Positions 1-8,968 of a stretch of DNA of 64,000 bases are shown here, piece after piece (positions within the stretch are counted from its first letter, which is position 1; the number at the start of each line of letters is the position of its first letter). A program made the position numbers and the translations under genes. The notes beneath the pieces were generated by a model. That model was not told the DNA's origin. It was given only the letters and a program-made list of their open reading frames with translations, and did no database searches. The stretch lies in assembly GCA_024238995.1 (NCBI GenBank), contig JANBVL010000001.1:74059-138058 (forward strand), given 5' to 3'. This DNA comes from Patescibacteria group bacterium. Its GTDB lineage: Bacteria; Patescibacteriota; Minisyncoccia; Minisyncoccales; JANBVM01.

Positions 1-380
1 GCAGTACCAGCGTTTTTTGCTTTTACTGTTACCGTAAATAATGTTTTATTCTCTGTCGTGCATGTTGGAATTCCAAGAGAAAAATAAAGATTGCTGCAAG
101 TTAATTTATTATCGGGTGAAGCCATTAAATCACTATTAGGAGAAACACTTTGACAGGAAAGCTTATCTAATAATAATGTTCCTTCAACCATACAAACTTT
201 TTGTCCAGCAGGATTAACCTTTACAGATATATTAAACGTGTCCCCTACTTCTTTGCTTTGACTTGTCGGTGAAACATAAATTGAAGGATTTGCCGCTTCC
301 ACTGAATTAGTAAAACCAAATCCAGCAATTAAAATTCCGACACATCCTAAAGTTAAAATTGTAATTTTATTTTTATTCAT
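1..380 (-). CDS. secreted cohesin-like protein, N-terminal fragment (gene runs off the left window edge)
   Basis: Not in ORF track because there is no stop in the window. Minus-strand ATG at 378-380. My translation is MNKNKITILTLGCVGILIAGFGFTNSVEAANPSIYVSPTSQSKEVGDTFNISVKVNPAGQKV... This gives a signal peptide followed by the same Y-x-SP...VG-x-TF-x-SV-x-VN opening as the paralogs at 31.5-39.6 kb. Confidence 0.45.
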   Translation of the reverse strand, partial: MNKNKITILTLGCVGILIAGFGFTNSVEAANPSIYVSPTSQSKEVGDTFNISVKVNPAGQKVCMVEGTLLLDKLSCQSVSPNSDLMASPDNKLTCSNLYFSLGIPTCTTENKTLFTVTVKAKNAGT

Positions 381-385
381 ATATT

Positions 386-997
386 TTATATCGTGCTCCA
401 ATTTAACATTAAAAGCGCAAAATCATATTTATCTACTTTATTATCACTATTTAAGTCTGAATTATTTGCTCCGATTTTTCCCCAGGCAGCCATAATTAAA
501 GCAAAGTCATATTTATCTACTTCATTGTCTTTATTAACATCTCCAGCTTTATAAGTTGGTGGAGGCGTTGCTCCTCCGCCGCCGCCTCCTCCTCCACCAC
601 CACCTCCAGCAGAAGGAGTTGGAGTTTCCTCTGAAGATGAAGTAGTAATGGCCAAATCAAAGTTAACAGTAGGGATTGTATCAATATTAACAGCCGAAAG
701 CTGATTATTGTCATCAATAATTCCATTAACTTTGAACATTATAGTTTTACCTTCATTAGCTTTACCATCAGGAATTTCAATAAAATATATGCCTTCTCTT
801 ATCATAGTGGCAATAGCAACCTCCACATTGTCTATTTCTGCTGAAATTTCTGTATTAAGAGAAGCCGATTGTCCATCTATAATAACACTGCCATATACCA
901 ATAAAGGTATTGACGGTAGTGATGATATAGCCAAAAGCGTCGTAGGACAAACTAATGTAAAAATCACCAAAAATAATTGTAATTTATTAATTTTCAT
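386..997 (-). CDS. secreted dockerin-domain protein (signal peptide, small beta domain, S/T/P plus 12xGly linker, C-terminal dockerin)
   Basis: Hydrophobic N-terminus LFLVIFTLVCPTTLLA. The C-terminus carries two EF-hand-like dockerin repeats, GDVNKDNEVDKYDFALIMAAWG and DLNSDNKVDKYDFALLMLNW. No catalytic domain is recognisable. Confidence 0.75.
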   Translation of the reverse strand: MKINKLQLFLVIFTLVCPTTLLAISSLPSIPLLVYGSVIIDGQSASLNTEISAEIDNVEVAIATMIREGIYFIEIPDGKANEGKTIMFKVNGIIDDNNQLSAVNIDTIPTVNFDLAITTSSSEETPTPSAGGGGGGGGGGGGATPPPTYKAGDVNKDNEVDKYDFALIMAAWGKIGANNSDLNSDNKVDKYDFALLMLNWSTI

Positions 998-1030
998 AAT
1001 TATTTCTTTTCTCTCTTGTACAATACCTCG

Positions 1031-4000
1031 TTAAGGCACTATATTGCCTATTGCGTTAGCATAAAGCCAATAACCAGAACCTGGGTTCATATTATTGTCT
1101 ATACCTGAGACTGGATGGGCTACTGTAGAATAATTCCCATCATAACCATATACTGTTATATAACTTATTCCTGAAAGATAGGTTGAACTCTTTACTGAAT
1201 CTACTGACTTAAATCCTATTAAATTCCATCCTGAAATTACAGGATAAGTAGGTAGGGTTTCTTCTGGTCCTGGCATTTCCACACCATTAACAGTTAAAAT
1301 ATCATCATCATCTTTCATAAATATCCAATAACCTTTTCCATCTTCCATTGTGATTAAATCGCCACCGATACCAGGAATATAACTTAACCAATCTTCAATT
1401 GAAGGATCATAATATTTCACTGTATCTATGTTAGTGCTTATATCAGCTAAAACATCTTCAATAACAGAGCTCTCTGGTATCAACGGCAATGAAATTAAGT
1501 TCCAACCAGCAGATAAAGGAATATTATAAGTAGTTACTGGATCAGGTGTCATATCCATCATAACCTCTGTAAGGCTTACATTAATCGTTCCTTGAATTAA
1601 TCCATTGTTTGAATTATAAGAAGCAGTTACGATAGTCTGTCCTGCTTCATTTGAAGTCAATACTGCCGTAGCTCTTCCATTTATATCTGAAAGCGTAATA
1701 TTAGATAAAGTTCCAATTATAGCAGCAAAATTAACTACAGCACCTTCTACTGGAATACCATTATCTAATACTTGAGCTATTATCAATGCTTGGCTTGTGC
1801 CGTCAGCAGGTAAACTTGCTTTATTTGATGATACCGTAATGCTTGCTATAGTTGGATTTACTATAAAACTCCATATTTTTGTGGTCGAATTGCCAGCATT
1901 ATCAGCAACAGTCACAGTTGCTTCGTATGTGTTGGGATTTAATGGAATTTGAGGTGTATATGTTACGCTGGCAGTGCTTTTAGTAGCATAATCATCAGCG
2001 TATTCGTCACCGCTAAAAGTTAAACCCACACTGTTAATATTTACTCCTGATCCGTTTTCGTTAAATTGTGCACTAATTTCCGGCGTTGCGTCTGAAGTAG
2101 TATCGTGAAGTTCAGGAGTTAAATTAGTAATTTCCGGCGCGGTTGAATCAACTACAAATTCTGTAACACTTAATTCCGTACTTGCGTTTCCGGCGGAATC
2201 AGTAACTGTAATTGTGCAATCGCTATATGTGCCGTCCTCTAATTCGTTGAAAGTGATTGCATTCTCGCCTATAATTGCGCTAGCAGTCGCACTTAAACAA
2301 CTTCCTCCGTAAGTTATTGCTCCTGTTTCATCCGAACTAAATGTATAATCAGGCGTTGAGTCGTTTGTTAGGGTTGATACTGGAGTTACTTCTTGTAATT
2401 CTGGCGCGGTTGCATCTAGTTTTGCTAAATTTGTAGCGATCTTTACTGTTTCAGTATTACCAGCCGCATCAGCAGTAAAATATTTAATGCTATATTCTCC
2501 ATCTAAACTAATATCTATAATTGTTCCTTGCGCTGAATCTGTAGTCGGATTATTACCATCAGTTGTGTAATAAGTTTTTATCGGAGATAACTCATCGTTT
2601 GTTACGGTTAAAATAATGTCAAATGTGGCTGTCTGCCATTCTAAAGGAGTATTATCAGAAGTTGAAGGAGTTGTTTTGTCTAACAATACTGTCACAGAAT
2701 TTATTTCTTCGTTGTTCCCAGCATTATCTGTAGAATAATATCTGACATAATTAGTGCCTTCGGTGGTAACTAAAACTTCTGTTCCTGCTGTGTTCGGCGT
2801 ACAAGCGTTCGCCTGATCAACACAGTAATAGACTGTAGCCACGCCGCTAGTATCGTCATTAGCAGTTAAAGTAAATATCACATTCGTATTCTGCCAATCT
2901 GTCGAAGCATCATCAGTGGTCGCTGGAGCAGTTTTATCTAACTGTAGAGTATCAGATGCTGTTTTAATCTCCTCTAAATTGCCGGCGTTATCTTCACCTC
3001 TGTATTTAATTGCATACTTTCCATCGGTTGAGACAGTGAATTGCCAATTACTATCTTCGTCAACAAAAGATGAGGCGGTTGTTGGGTTTGTGGTATCAAT
3101 TGTGTAATAAACTTTTAAGCAACCTGAATTACCGCCTGCTGTATCATCACAACTCAAAGTTACAGTGACATCAACTGCTTGCCAACTAGCCGGTACATTG
3201 TCTATTGTTGCCGGCGCTTTTTTATCTATTTTAACTGTTCTTGAAACTGTTTCCTGAACATTTCCAGCATTATCTGTAGAAGCATATCTAAGATAAGTTA
3301 TGCCTTCGTCACTAATTATAACGGGATTAACATAATCAGTTGCGGGATCGCAATTATTATTCGTATCAGTGCAATATTTGGTTGTTGTTACTCCTGACAT
3401 TGCGTCAGTTGGAGTTAAGGTAATAGTTTGATCTTCACTCTGCCAAATATTATCTTTAGCAACGTAATTATCTGATGTTGTTGGCACAATTGTATCTTTA
3501 ACCACTGTATCAGTAACAGCATCGCCTTGATTGTCAACTTGGTCGGTTAAATAAACAGTTAAAGTTAATGTGCCGTCATTTAAACCAGTAACATTAATAT
3601 TTATAATTTGTTGATTAGTAGCTGTAATTGTTCCAGTGCTTGTTATAGTCGTGCCTCCTACCGAACTCTCTATTGAATAATTATAGCTTGCATTTTCTTC
3701 AGCGCCAGTAAAAATAAAGGAAAGTGCGGTTTGGTTGCTGTTGTTAATGTAAGATTGGTCAATGGCAACAGTATATCCCGTTGGCGCGACTCCATCGGTA
3801 ATATCCAAATTTGTTGATCCAACGGCAGAAACAACACCTTTGGTGAAATCGTACATTTTGAAACTTATAATGTAATTTGCTTGTTTGCCAATTTTGGCAT
3901 TAAAAGTTGTTGATAAACCATTAGCGCTTTCATAATCGGATTCATTAACGCCGATTAGAAATCCACCTTCTGGTCCCCAAGCTAAAACTAAATCACCTGC

Positions 4001-7000
4001 GCCAGCACTTACATAACTACGCTCTGTTGCATCAGTTACCTCTGCCGGAATATTATCACCTGAAAAAATTATTTCATTAACGGCTAATCCTGGAATTACT
4101 CCATAAAATCTTACTAAATTATCTTTTTCCGTATCCTTTACATTTCCTTGCGTTGTCACAGTTAATGAAAATTCTGCATTCTGTTTGGCAGTAGCGCCCT
4201 CAGAAGTCATTTGAAGGTTTGTGGCGTCATCAAGAATTGTTAACTGCATTTTTTCGTTGTCACCGTTTATTTTCTTTTTATCGTCAATATCATAAAACAC
4301 AAATTTAATATCATAGACGCCAACTTCGGAAATTTTGGCCTTAAAAGTTGTGGTTAAACCAACATCACTTTCATAGGCAGTTTCAGCGTCACCGATTAGA
4401 AATCCACCTTCTGGTCCCCAAGCTAAAACTAAATCATCTGCGCCAGCGCTTACATAACTACGCTCTGTTGCATCAGTTACCTCTGCCGGAATATTATCAC
4501 CCAAAAAAGTTATTTGACCAATGTCTAATCCCGGAATCACGCCATAAAATCTTACTAAATGATCATTTTGGCTGTCGCGAACATTGCCTTTGGAATTTAT
4601 TTCAACGATGAACTCCAAATCCTGCTTTCGGCTAACATCACTGGCTGTCATATGAATTAAAGTCGGAAACACAACATTGACTTTTCTGGTTACTTCTGTT
4701 GCATTATTGCCAGCTGAATCTTTAATATTATAAGTTATGGTATAAGTACCCACCATACTTGTGTCTACTGGATTGACTATAATAATGTTTGCTGTGATGT
4801 TTCCATCTGTATTATCTTCTGCTGTTGCTCCTGCGTCTGTATAAGTCTCCCCTGTTTCAATTTCCACTGAAATATTTCCTGATAATGTTATCACTGGCGC
4901 GATATTATCAATAATAAATGTATTATTAGTTGCCGTTTCGTTTGGATTACCCGCTATATCTGTACCTAAAATCATTACTGTCGCATTTCCGTCGCTTCCG
5001 GCTGGAACATCATATTGGTGAGTCCATACCATTCCACTACCAGACATTGCTGTCTCGATTAAATCTGTATCAGTTGTATCAATAGCGATTGTCGGCGCAC
5101 TAACCATTGGTTCGTTAAAAGTTGCTGTAATTTCTATGGTGTCATCATCTCTTACGGGCCTATTAGGATTATAAGTTAACGCAACCGTTGGTGCGATATT
5201 GTCAATTATATAAGAAGTTTTACCAGTGGCTGTATCATTTGGATTACCAGCCACATCAATAGCAGTGATAGAAATATCAACATCAACATCATTACTAGAT
5301 GGGACATCCCAAGTATATGTCCATACTAAATTATTTGTCTCTGTCATAGCGGCACCTGTCACAATACTGCCAATAGTAATGGCTGGCATTGGGGTTTCAT
5401 CAATATTATTTGCTTCAGTAAAGGTAGCCGTAATTCTCACTATATTAGCATCTCTAACGATGTTGTCAGGGTGGTCATCTGATAAAATGACGGTTGGATT
5501 TTTAGTGTCAATATCAAAAGCGTTTGATAAATTGCCATCCACCTGTATATTTCCCGCTACATCTGTTGCTCCGCTTACGCTTACATTAATATAGTTCATT
5601 TCTACGCCTGCATCAGCCATATTATAAGTAGCTGTATAAGTCTTATTTGAGTTTGACCATAAGTTACTTACTAATGTTAAAGTAGATTCAATTATTGGAT
5701 CAAAAACAATTATTGGAACTGAATCTGAATTCATTGTTTCGTTGTAACCAATAGCAACTGTGAATACTGTAGATATTGTAGTGTCATCAGTAATTAAATT
5801 TATGCTTGGAGTTATTGTAGTTACTATTGGATCAACTGTATCAACCTTAAAATTTCCTGCCTCATTATCAACAACCATTACATTGCCTGCAACATCTTTT
5901 GCGCCTGTTACAGAAATTGTCACAGTTTCTTCTTTATTGTTATCCGAAAGAGTAAAAGTCTCTATCCATGTAGTTCCCGATGGCCAAACACCGTCGTTTT
6001 TAGTTGTTATAGTTTCTGTTATTCCTGTAAATCCAAGAGTTGGAGTTACTGCATCCATTATTTCGCTAAATAAAACGGTTATGACCACATCTCCTGCTTT
6101 GGCAGGATTAGGATTCGCTATTGCACTGACAATAATTGGATTTAATGCATCAATATCAAAAGCGTTTGATAAATTGCCATCCACCTGTATATTTCCCGCC
6201 ACATCTGTTGCTCCACTAACAGAAATATCTACATCAACAACTTCTATACTTGCGTCAGTTACATCATAAGTAAATTCATAAATATTTGAATTTAACCAGC
6301 TTCCACCGTTATTAAATGATAAGGTAGATGAAACTTCTGGAGTAAAAGTAATTATTGGAACTGAAGTTTGATCCATTGCCTCGTTGTAATTAATTGTAAC
6401 TGTAAATGTGCCGAAACCTGCATCAACATCTGTGATTTGAGTTAAATTTGGAGTTATTAAAGATGTTTCTGGCTTTATACTGTCAATCCTAAAATCTACG
6501 TCACTTTCATCGCTCGCTGTATTACCTGCTAAATCCGCGACCACAATTTTTACTTTGACTGTTTCTGAATTAATAGCAGGCACTGTCCAAGAATATGGAC
6601 TGGTGTTTGCCAAACCTTCCTCAATAGTATTCCAAGTAGCTCCGTTATCAGTAGTGTAATGTAAGCTAATTGGATTATCTTCCAAGTTTGTATCATTAAT
6701 TTTTGTAGCGTCCCATGTAATATCTTTAGAAACTGCTCCTGCCCAAAATTCTCCCCCAATAGGCGAAGTAATAGCGCTAGCATCTACGGTCGGATCAATA
6801 TTATCAATTGTAAAAACTCCTGAGACATTATAAACATCTGAATCAAAAGTATCTCTTACTTTAATGTAAGCATTGCCATCTGCTACTTCTGTAGTGTCCC
6901 AAGGATATAAATAATTGCTACAAGGCACACTGTCAGCAAGTCTGTCAGAAACATTTCCAAAATTGTCAGTAGAATAATAAATATTAACTGTATCCCCTCC

Positions 7001-7198
7001 TTCACAGTTAGCGGTCCAAGTTATATTCTGTGTTTCGTTCCAATATTCCCCATTAATCGGAGAAGTAACAGTAATGCCTGTTACGGCCAAGGCATTAGAA
7101 ATAAAAAAACCGCTAACGATTAACATTGCGGCTAAAATAATAAAAGACCCCTGTTTAAGAATCTTTGGTTTGTTATTAATAAATATATTATTGGTCAT
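1031..7198 (-). CDS. giant 2055-aa multi-Ig-domain cell-surface protein (adhesin-like)
   Basis: Uninterrupted 6.2-kb ORF with an N-terminal signal/anchor GSFIILAAMLIVSGFFISNALA. It contains many Ig-like modules with recurrent D-x-AGN motifs. One is DUF5011/HYR-like (ETYTDAGATAEDNTDGNIT...GTYTITYNIKDSAGN) and one is Big_1-like (ITVSSNKASLPADGTSQALIIAQVLDNGIPVEG). The C-terminal domain reads GWNLISLP...GYWI...GWNLIGF...GYWLY. Confidence 0.85.
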   Translation of the reverse strand: MTNNIFINNKPKILKQGSFIILAAMLIVSGFFISNALAVTGITVTSPINGEYWNETQNITWTANCEGGDTVNIYYSTDNFGNVSDRLADSVPCSNYLYPWDTTEVADGNAYIKVRDTFDSDVYNVSGVFTIDNIDPTVDASAITSPIGGEFWAGAVSKDITWDATKINDTNLEDNPISLHYTTDNGATWNTIEEGLANTSPYSWTVPAINSETVKVKIVVADLAGNTASDESDVDFRIDSIKPETSLITPNLTQITDVDAGFGTFTVTINYNEAMDQTSVPIITFTPEVSSTLSFNNGGSWLNSNIYEFTYDVTDASIEVVDVDISVSGATDVAGNIQVDGNLSNAFDIDALNPIIVSAIANPNPAKAGDVVITVLFSEIMDAVTPTLGFTGITETITTKNDGVWPSGTTWIETFTLSDNNKEETVTISVTGAKDVAGNVMVVDNEAGNFKVDTVDPIVTTITPSINLITDDTTISTVFTVAIGYNETMNSDSVPIIVFDPIIESTLTLVSNLWSNSNKTYTATYNMADAGVEMNYINVSVSGATDVAGNIQVDGNLSNAFDIDTKNPTVILSDDHPDNIVRDANIVRITATFTEANNIDETPMPAITIGSIVTGAAMTETNNLVWTYTWDVPSSNDVDVDISITAIDVAGNPNDTATGKTSYIIDNIAPTVALTYNPNRPVRDDDTIEITATFNEPMVSAPTIAIDTTDTDLIETAMSGSGMVWTHQYDVPAGSDGNATVMILGTDIAGNPNETATNNTFIIDNIAPVITLSGNISVEIETGETYTDAGATAEDNTDGNITANIIIVNPVDTSMVGTYTITYNIKDSAGNNATEVTRKVNVVFPTLIHMTASDVSRKQDLEFIVEINSKGNVRDSQNDHLVRFYGVIPGLDIGQITFLGDNIPAEVTDATERSYVSAGADDLVLAWGPEGGFLIGDAETAYESDVGLTTTFKAKISEVGVYDIKFVFYDIDDKKKINGDNEKMQLTILDDATNLQMTSEGATAKQNAEFSLTVTTQGNVKDTEKDNLVRFYGVIPGLAVNEIIFSGDNIPAEVTDATERSYVSAGAGDLVLAWGPEGGFLIGVNESDYESANGLSTTFNAKIGKQANYIISFKMYDFTKGVVSAVGSTNLDITDGVAPTGYTVAIDQSYINNSNQTALSFIFTGAEENASYNYSIESSVGGTTITSTGTITATNQQIININVTGLNDGTLTLTVYLTDQVDNQGDAVTDTVVKDTIVPTTSDNYVAKDNIWQSEDQTITLTPTDAMSGVTTTKYCTDTNNNCDPATDYVNPVIISDEGITYLRYASTDNAGNVQETVSRTVKIDKKAPATIDNVPASWQAVDVTVTLSCDDTAGGNSGCLKVYYTIDTTNPTTASSFVDEDSNWQFTVSTDGKYAIKYRGEDNAGNLEEIKTASDTLQLDKTAPATTDDASTDWQNTNVIFTLTANDDTSGVATVYYCVDQANACTPNTAGTEVLVTTEGTNYVRYYSTDNAGNNEEINSVTVLLDKTTPSTSDNTPLEWQTATFDIILTVTNDELSPIKTYYTTDGNNPTTDSAQGTIIDISLDGEYSIKYFTADAAGNTETVKIATNLAKLDATAPELQEVTPVSTLTNDSTPDYTFSSDETGAITYGGSCLSATASAIIGENAITFNELEDGTYSDCTITVTDSAGNASTELSVTEFVVDSTAPEITNLTPELHDTTSDATPEISAQFNENGSGVNINSVGLTFSGDEYADDYATKSTASVTYTPQIPLNPNTYEATVTVADNAGNSTTKIWSFIVNPTIASITVSSNKASLPADGTSQALIIAQVLDNGIPVEGAVVNFAAIIGTLSNITLSDINGRATAVLTSNEAGQTIVTASYNSNNGLIQGTINVSLTEVMMDMTPDPVTTYNIPLSAGWNLISLPLIPESSVIEDVLADISTNIDTVKYYDPSIEDWLSYIPGIGGDLITMEDGKGYWIFMKDDDDILTVNGVEMPGPEETLPTYPVISGWNLIGFKSVDSVKSSTYLSGISYITVYGYDGNYSTVAHPVSGIDNNMNPGSGYWLYANAIGNIVP
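3951..4060. repeat. intragenic 110-bp near-identical repeat, copy 1 (partner 4392-4501)
   Basis: ccgattagaaatccaccttctggtccccaagctaaaactaaatca...ctctgccggaatattatcacc differs from copy 2 at 2 positions. The 441-bp offset equals a 147-aa tandem domain duplication (LVRFYGVIPGL...NIPAEVTDATERSYVSAGA.DLVLAWGPEGGFLIG occurs twice). Confidence 0.9.
4392..4501. repeat. intragenic 110-bp near-identical repeat, copy 2
   Basis: Direct comparison with 3951-4060 shows 2 mismatches, both transitions. Confidence 0.9.
5508..5572. repeat. intragenic 65-bp near-identical repeat, copy 1 (partner 6150-6214)
   Basis: tcaatatcaaaagcgtttgataaattgccatccacctgtatatttcccgc(t/c)acatctgttgctcc encodes SGATDVAGNIQVDGNLSNAFDID in both modules. 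The offset is 642 bp (214 aa). Confidence 0.9.
6150..6214. repeat. intragenic 65-bp near-identical repeat, copy 2
   Basis: Direct comparison with 5508-5572 shows 1 mismatch. Confidence 0.9.
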
Positions 7199-7513
7199 AT
7201 TTATTTATTAACTTGATTATTAAATTTTATAATAGTAACCGACTAAGTCACTATTGCTCTTAATAAAATATTGAGCCTTTAGAAAACCCTATCACAATGC
7301 AAAGAAGGCTGTCAAGTATGCTCTTTTTTAGCTTTTATAAACCAAAATATTACGGCCAAATTAGATTTTAGCTAGGACATAACATATAAATTAGGAAGGT
7401 AGGACATAATATTCCATTTTTTTTAAAAATCCAATTTAAAATAAATTGAAATGAATATTTAATGAAAGAGTAACGAAAAATCTTAACTTTTCTTAACATT
7501 TTTAACAGGAAGC

Positions 7514-7575
7514 AACGTCGTACAACATAGATTATGCGACACAAAACAGGGCTTTGAGTCCTCGCTCATAGATTG
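7514..7575. repeat. intergenic repeat family, copy A (short form)
   Basis: aacgtcgtacaacatagattatgcgacacaaaacagggctttgagtcctcgctcatagattg. It shares the GTCG(C/T)ACAACATAG head and the AGGGCTTTGAnTCCTCGCTCATAGATT module with copies at 9993-10120 and 11072-11160. Confidence 0.85.
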
Positions 7576-7590
7576 TAAGACATAAAATCA

Positions 7591-7613
7591 TACAATTTAT
7601 CTTGTGAGAAGTA
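7591..7613. repeat. left arm of perfect 23-bp inverted repeat
   Basis: tacaatttatcttgtgagaagta is the exact reverse complement of 8378-8400. Confidence 0.95.
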
Positions 7614-7636
7614 TACAGATCTAATTGTATTTTAGG

Positions 7637-8170
7637 TTAAGCTTTCTTTGACAATTTAGAGATAATCTTTTTAGAAAGCAAATCTGCTGGTTTAGAAACT
7701 TTTTTTAATTTATTTATTGTATATCCAGTATCTCTTGTGTCTAAACTTTGCAGGTGTAGTTTATTCCTTTCGATTCTAACATAGTTTATTTGTTTAAATT
7801 CGCTGGGAGTTATAATTTTATTTCTTTTTAAATAGCGATTTAAAATTTCAAAGGTGACCCCTTTGTCGTCTATGTTTATATTTTTTTTAATTTTTTTACA
7901 TATAAAAACAGCGTCTTCCTTGAAGACATTGCGGGGAATTTGATGCAAACCTTTAAATTCATCTTTTACGCCAACTATATTTCCTGTCTTTTTACTGTAC
8001 ATCTTTACTAATTGATAAACCATTCCTTCTATTATTGTACAAATCAATACAGTTGCTGATCTAAAATAGGCGGACTTTGCTACATTACTTATTCCTTTTT
8101 TATTAGCTTGTTCGAGATAAACAGCAATAGCGGTTGCTCTCCTTTTTATATTTTGCCAGAAAGTCTTCAT
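7637..8170 (-). CDS. hypothetical helical protein (weak HEPN-like hint only)
   Basis: 177-aa ORF whose start overlaps the upstream small ORF by 4 nt (ATGA). The segment VRIERNKLHLQ gives an R-x6-H / R-x3-H spacing that is only loosely HEPN-like. No family recognised. Confidence 0.5.
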   Translation of the reverse strand: MKTFWQNIKRRATAIAVYLEQANKKGISNVAKSAYFRSATVLICTIIEGMVYQLVKMYSKKTGNIVGVKDEFKGLHQIPRNVFKEDAVFICKKIKKNINIDDKGVTFEILNRYLKRNKIITPSEFKQINYVRIERNKLHLQSLDTRDTGYTINKLKKVSKPADLLSKKIISKLSKKA

Positions 8171-8352
8171 TTTTTAATGCTTTTCTCTGCACGAGATAAT
8201 GCCTTACTCAAGGAAGGAAGACCTTTTTCCTTAAGGTAGTTCCCGAGTTTTTTATCAGAACGTGCAGCAAAATCGACGCCATATTGTTTCTCAATGGTAC
8301 CTATTTTAGTATCGGCTCTTTTTCGCCTAAATTGTGATTTTTTACTAGCCAT
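8167..8352 (-). CDS. small basic protein (61 aa), translationally coupled to 7637-8170
   Basis: ORF-track protein MASKKSQFRRKRADTKIG... has a 4-nt stop/start overlap with the downstream gene. An inward-facing TTGTGA-18-TAAAGT promoter-like sequence lies partly inside the right inverted repeat. Confidence 0.5.
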   Translation of the reverse strand: MASKKSQFRRKRADTKIGTIEKQYGVDFAARSDKKLGNYLKEKGLPSLSKALSRAEKSIKK

Positions 8353-8377
8353 ATGTTTTACTTTATCATAAAAATTC

Positions 8378-8400
8378 TACTTCTCACAAGATAAATTGTA
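8378..8400. repeat. right arm of perfect 23-bp inverted repeat
   Basis: tacttctcacaagataaattgta is the reverse complement of 7591-7613. It is followed by cgac, so 8396-8404 ttgtacgac mirrors gtcgtacaa at 7517-7525. Confidence 0.95.
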
Positions 8401-8450
8401 CGACTTTCATTATCCTATCTTAAATATTGTTTCGGATAAAAATATGGGTT

Positions 8451-8870
8451 TTAAAAATTTTGTAGTTCTCTTAGCTCTTTTTTTCCATTTTTACTTAATA
8501 CTCCTTCTCCATATAATTTCCATAGCAAAACTTTATTCTTGAGATAGTTGTGGTGATTTTCGTTAGTTACAGAATATAATATTTCGCCGATATCTGCTTT
8601 CGGACCTATAATCTCGAAAGGCATGTCTTCTAAGTATAGGGAATCTTTTCTTCTGACTTCAAACGTATTACATTCTTTACCACCTATAACTTCTGAATGT
8701 TTTTTAATTCTATCGTTTGAATTCCAATTAAAATAAGGTAAAATTTTTATTTTTAAAACAAATTCCCTAATAATTTCTTCCTTGGAGAAATCTTCTTTAT
8801 CTATTCTTATAATTAGAGAATAAATATGCTCATCTTTATCGCGTTTTTTTGTTTTATATCCTATATACAT
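8451..8870 (-). CDS. hypothetical protein (139 aa)
   Basis: Clean ORF with no signal peptide and no recognisable family. Confidence 0.5.
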   Translation of the reverse strand: MYIGYKTKKRDKDEHIYSLIIRIDKEDFSKEEIIREFVLKIKILPYFNWNSNDRIKKHSEVIGGKECNTFEVRRKDSLYLEDMPFEIIGPKADIGEILYSVTNENHHNYLKNKVLLWKLYGEGVLSKNGKKELRELQNF

Positions 8871-8968
8871 AATATAATTTTATTTCTTTTAGTTAATCTC
8901 TGCTTGGGTTTTTCGGTATACACCATCAATCTCTCTTAGTCAGAATTATTCTTATTAATTAAAATGAA

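Noticed and set aside
571-609. GC-rich tract encoding 12 consecutive glycines as a slipped-strand phase-variation site
   Set aside because: The run uses mixed GGA/GGC/GGT/GGG codons, so it is not a homopolymer or a perfect short tandem repeat. It more likely encodes a flexible linker.
3951-4501. Diversity-generating retroelement (template/variable repeat pair) in the giant surface gene
   Set aside because: No reverse transcriptase is in the window. The two differences between the copies are plain transitions and are not adenine-specific. Both copies lie in frame within homologous tandem domains.
5760-6269. Plus-strand ORFs inside the giant gene (5760-6269, 5226-5594, 4348-4611, 2916-3107, 708-1034) and similar antisense or nested ORFs elsewhere (e.g. 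13800-14249, 17618-17932, 22034-22360, 25639-25944, 59010-59336, 517-726, 11381-11563, 42012-42194)
   Set aside because: They are shadow ORFs opposite to, or out of frame within, long well-supported genes. Their translations are low-complexity and have no recognisable motifs.
7545-7575. tRNA 3'-end-like sequence (gggctttgagtcctcg resembling a T-arm) suggesting a tRNA gene or tRNA-derived att site
   Set aside because: The T-loop would read CTTTGAGT/CTTTGAAT instead of TTCGAAT-type, the stems do not pair, and I could not build a cloverleaf on either strand. It is kept only as a possible origin of the repeat family. A tRNAscan/Infernal run would settle it.
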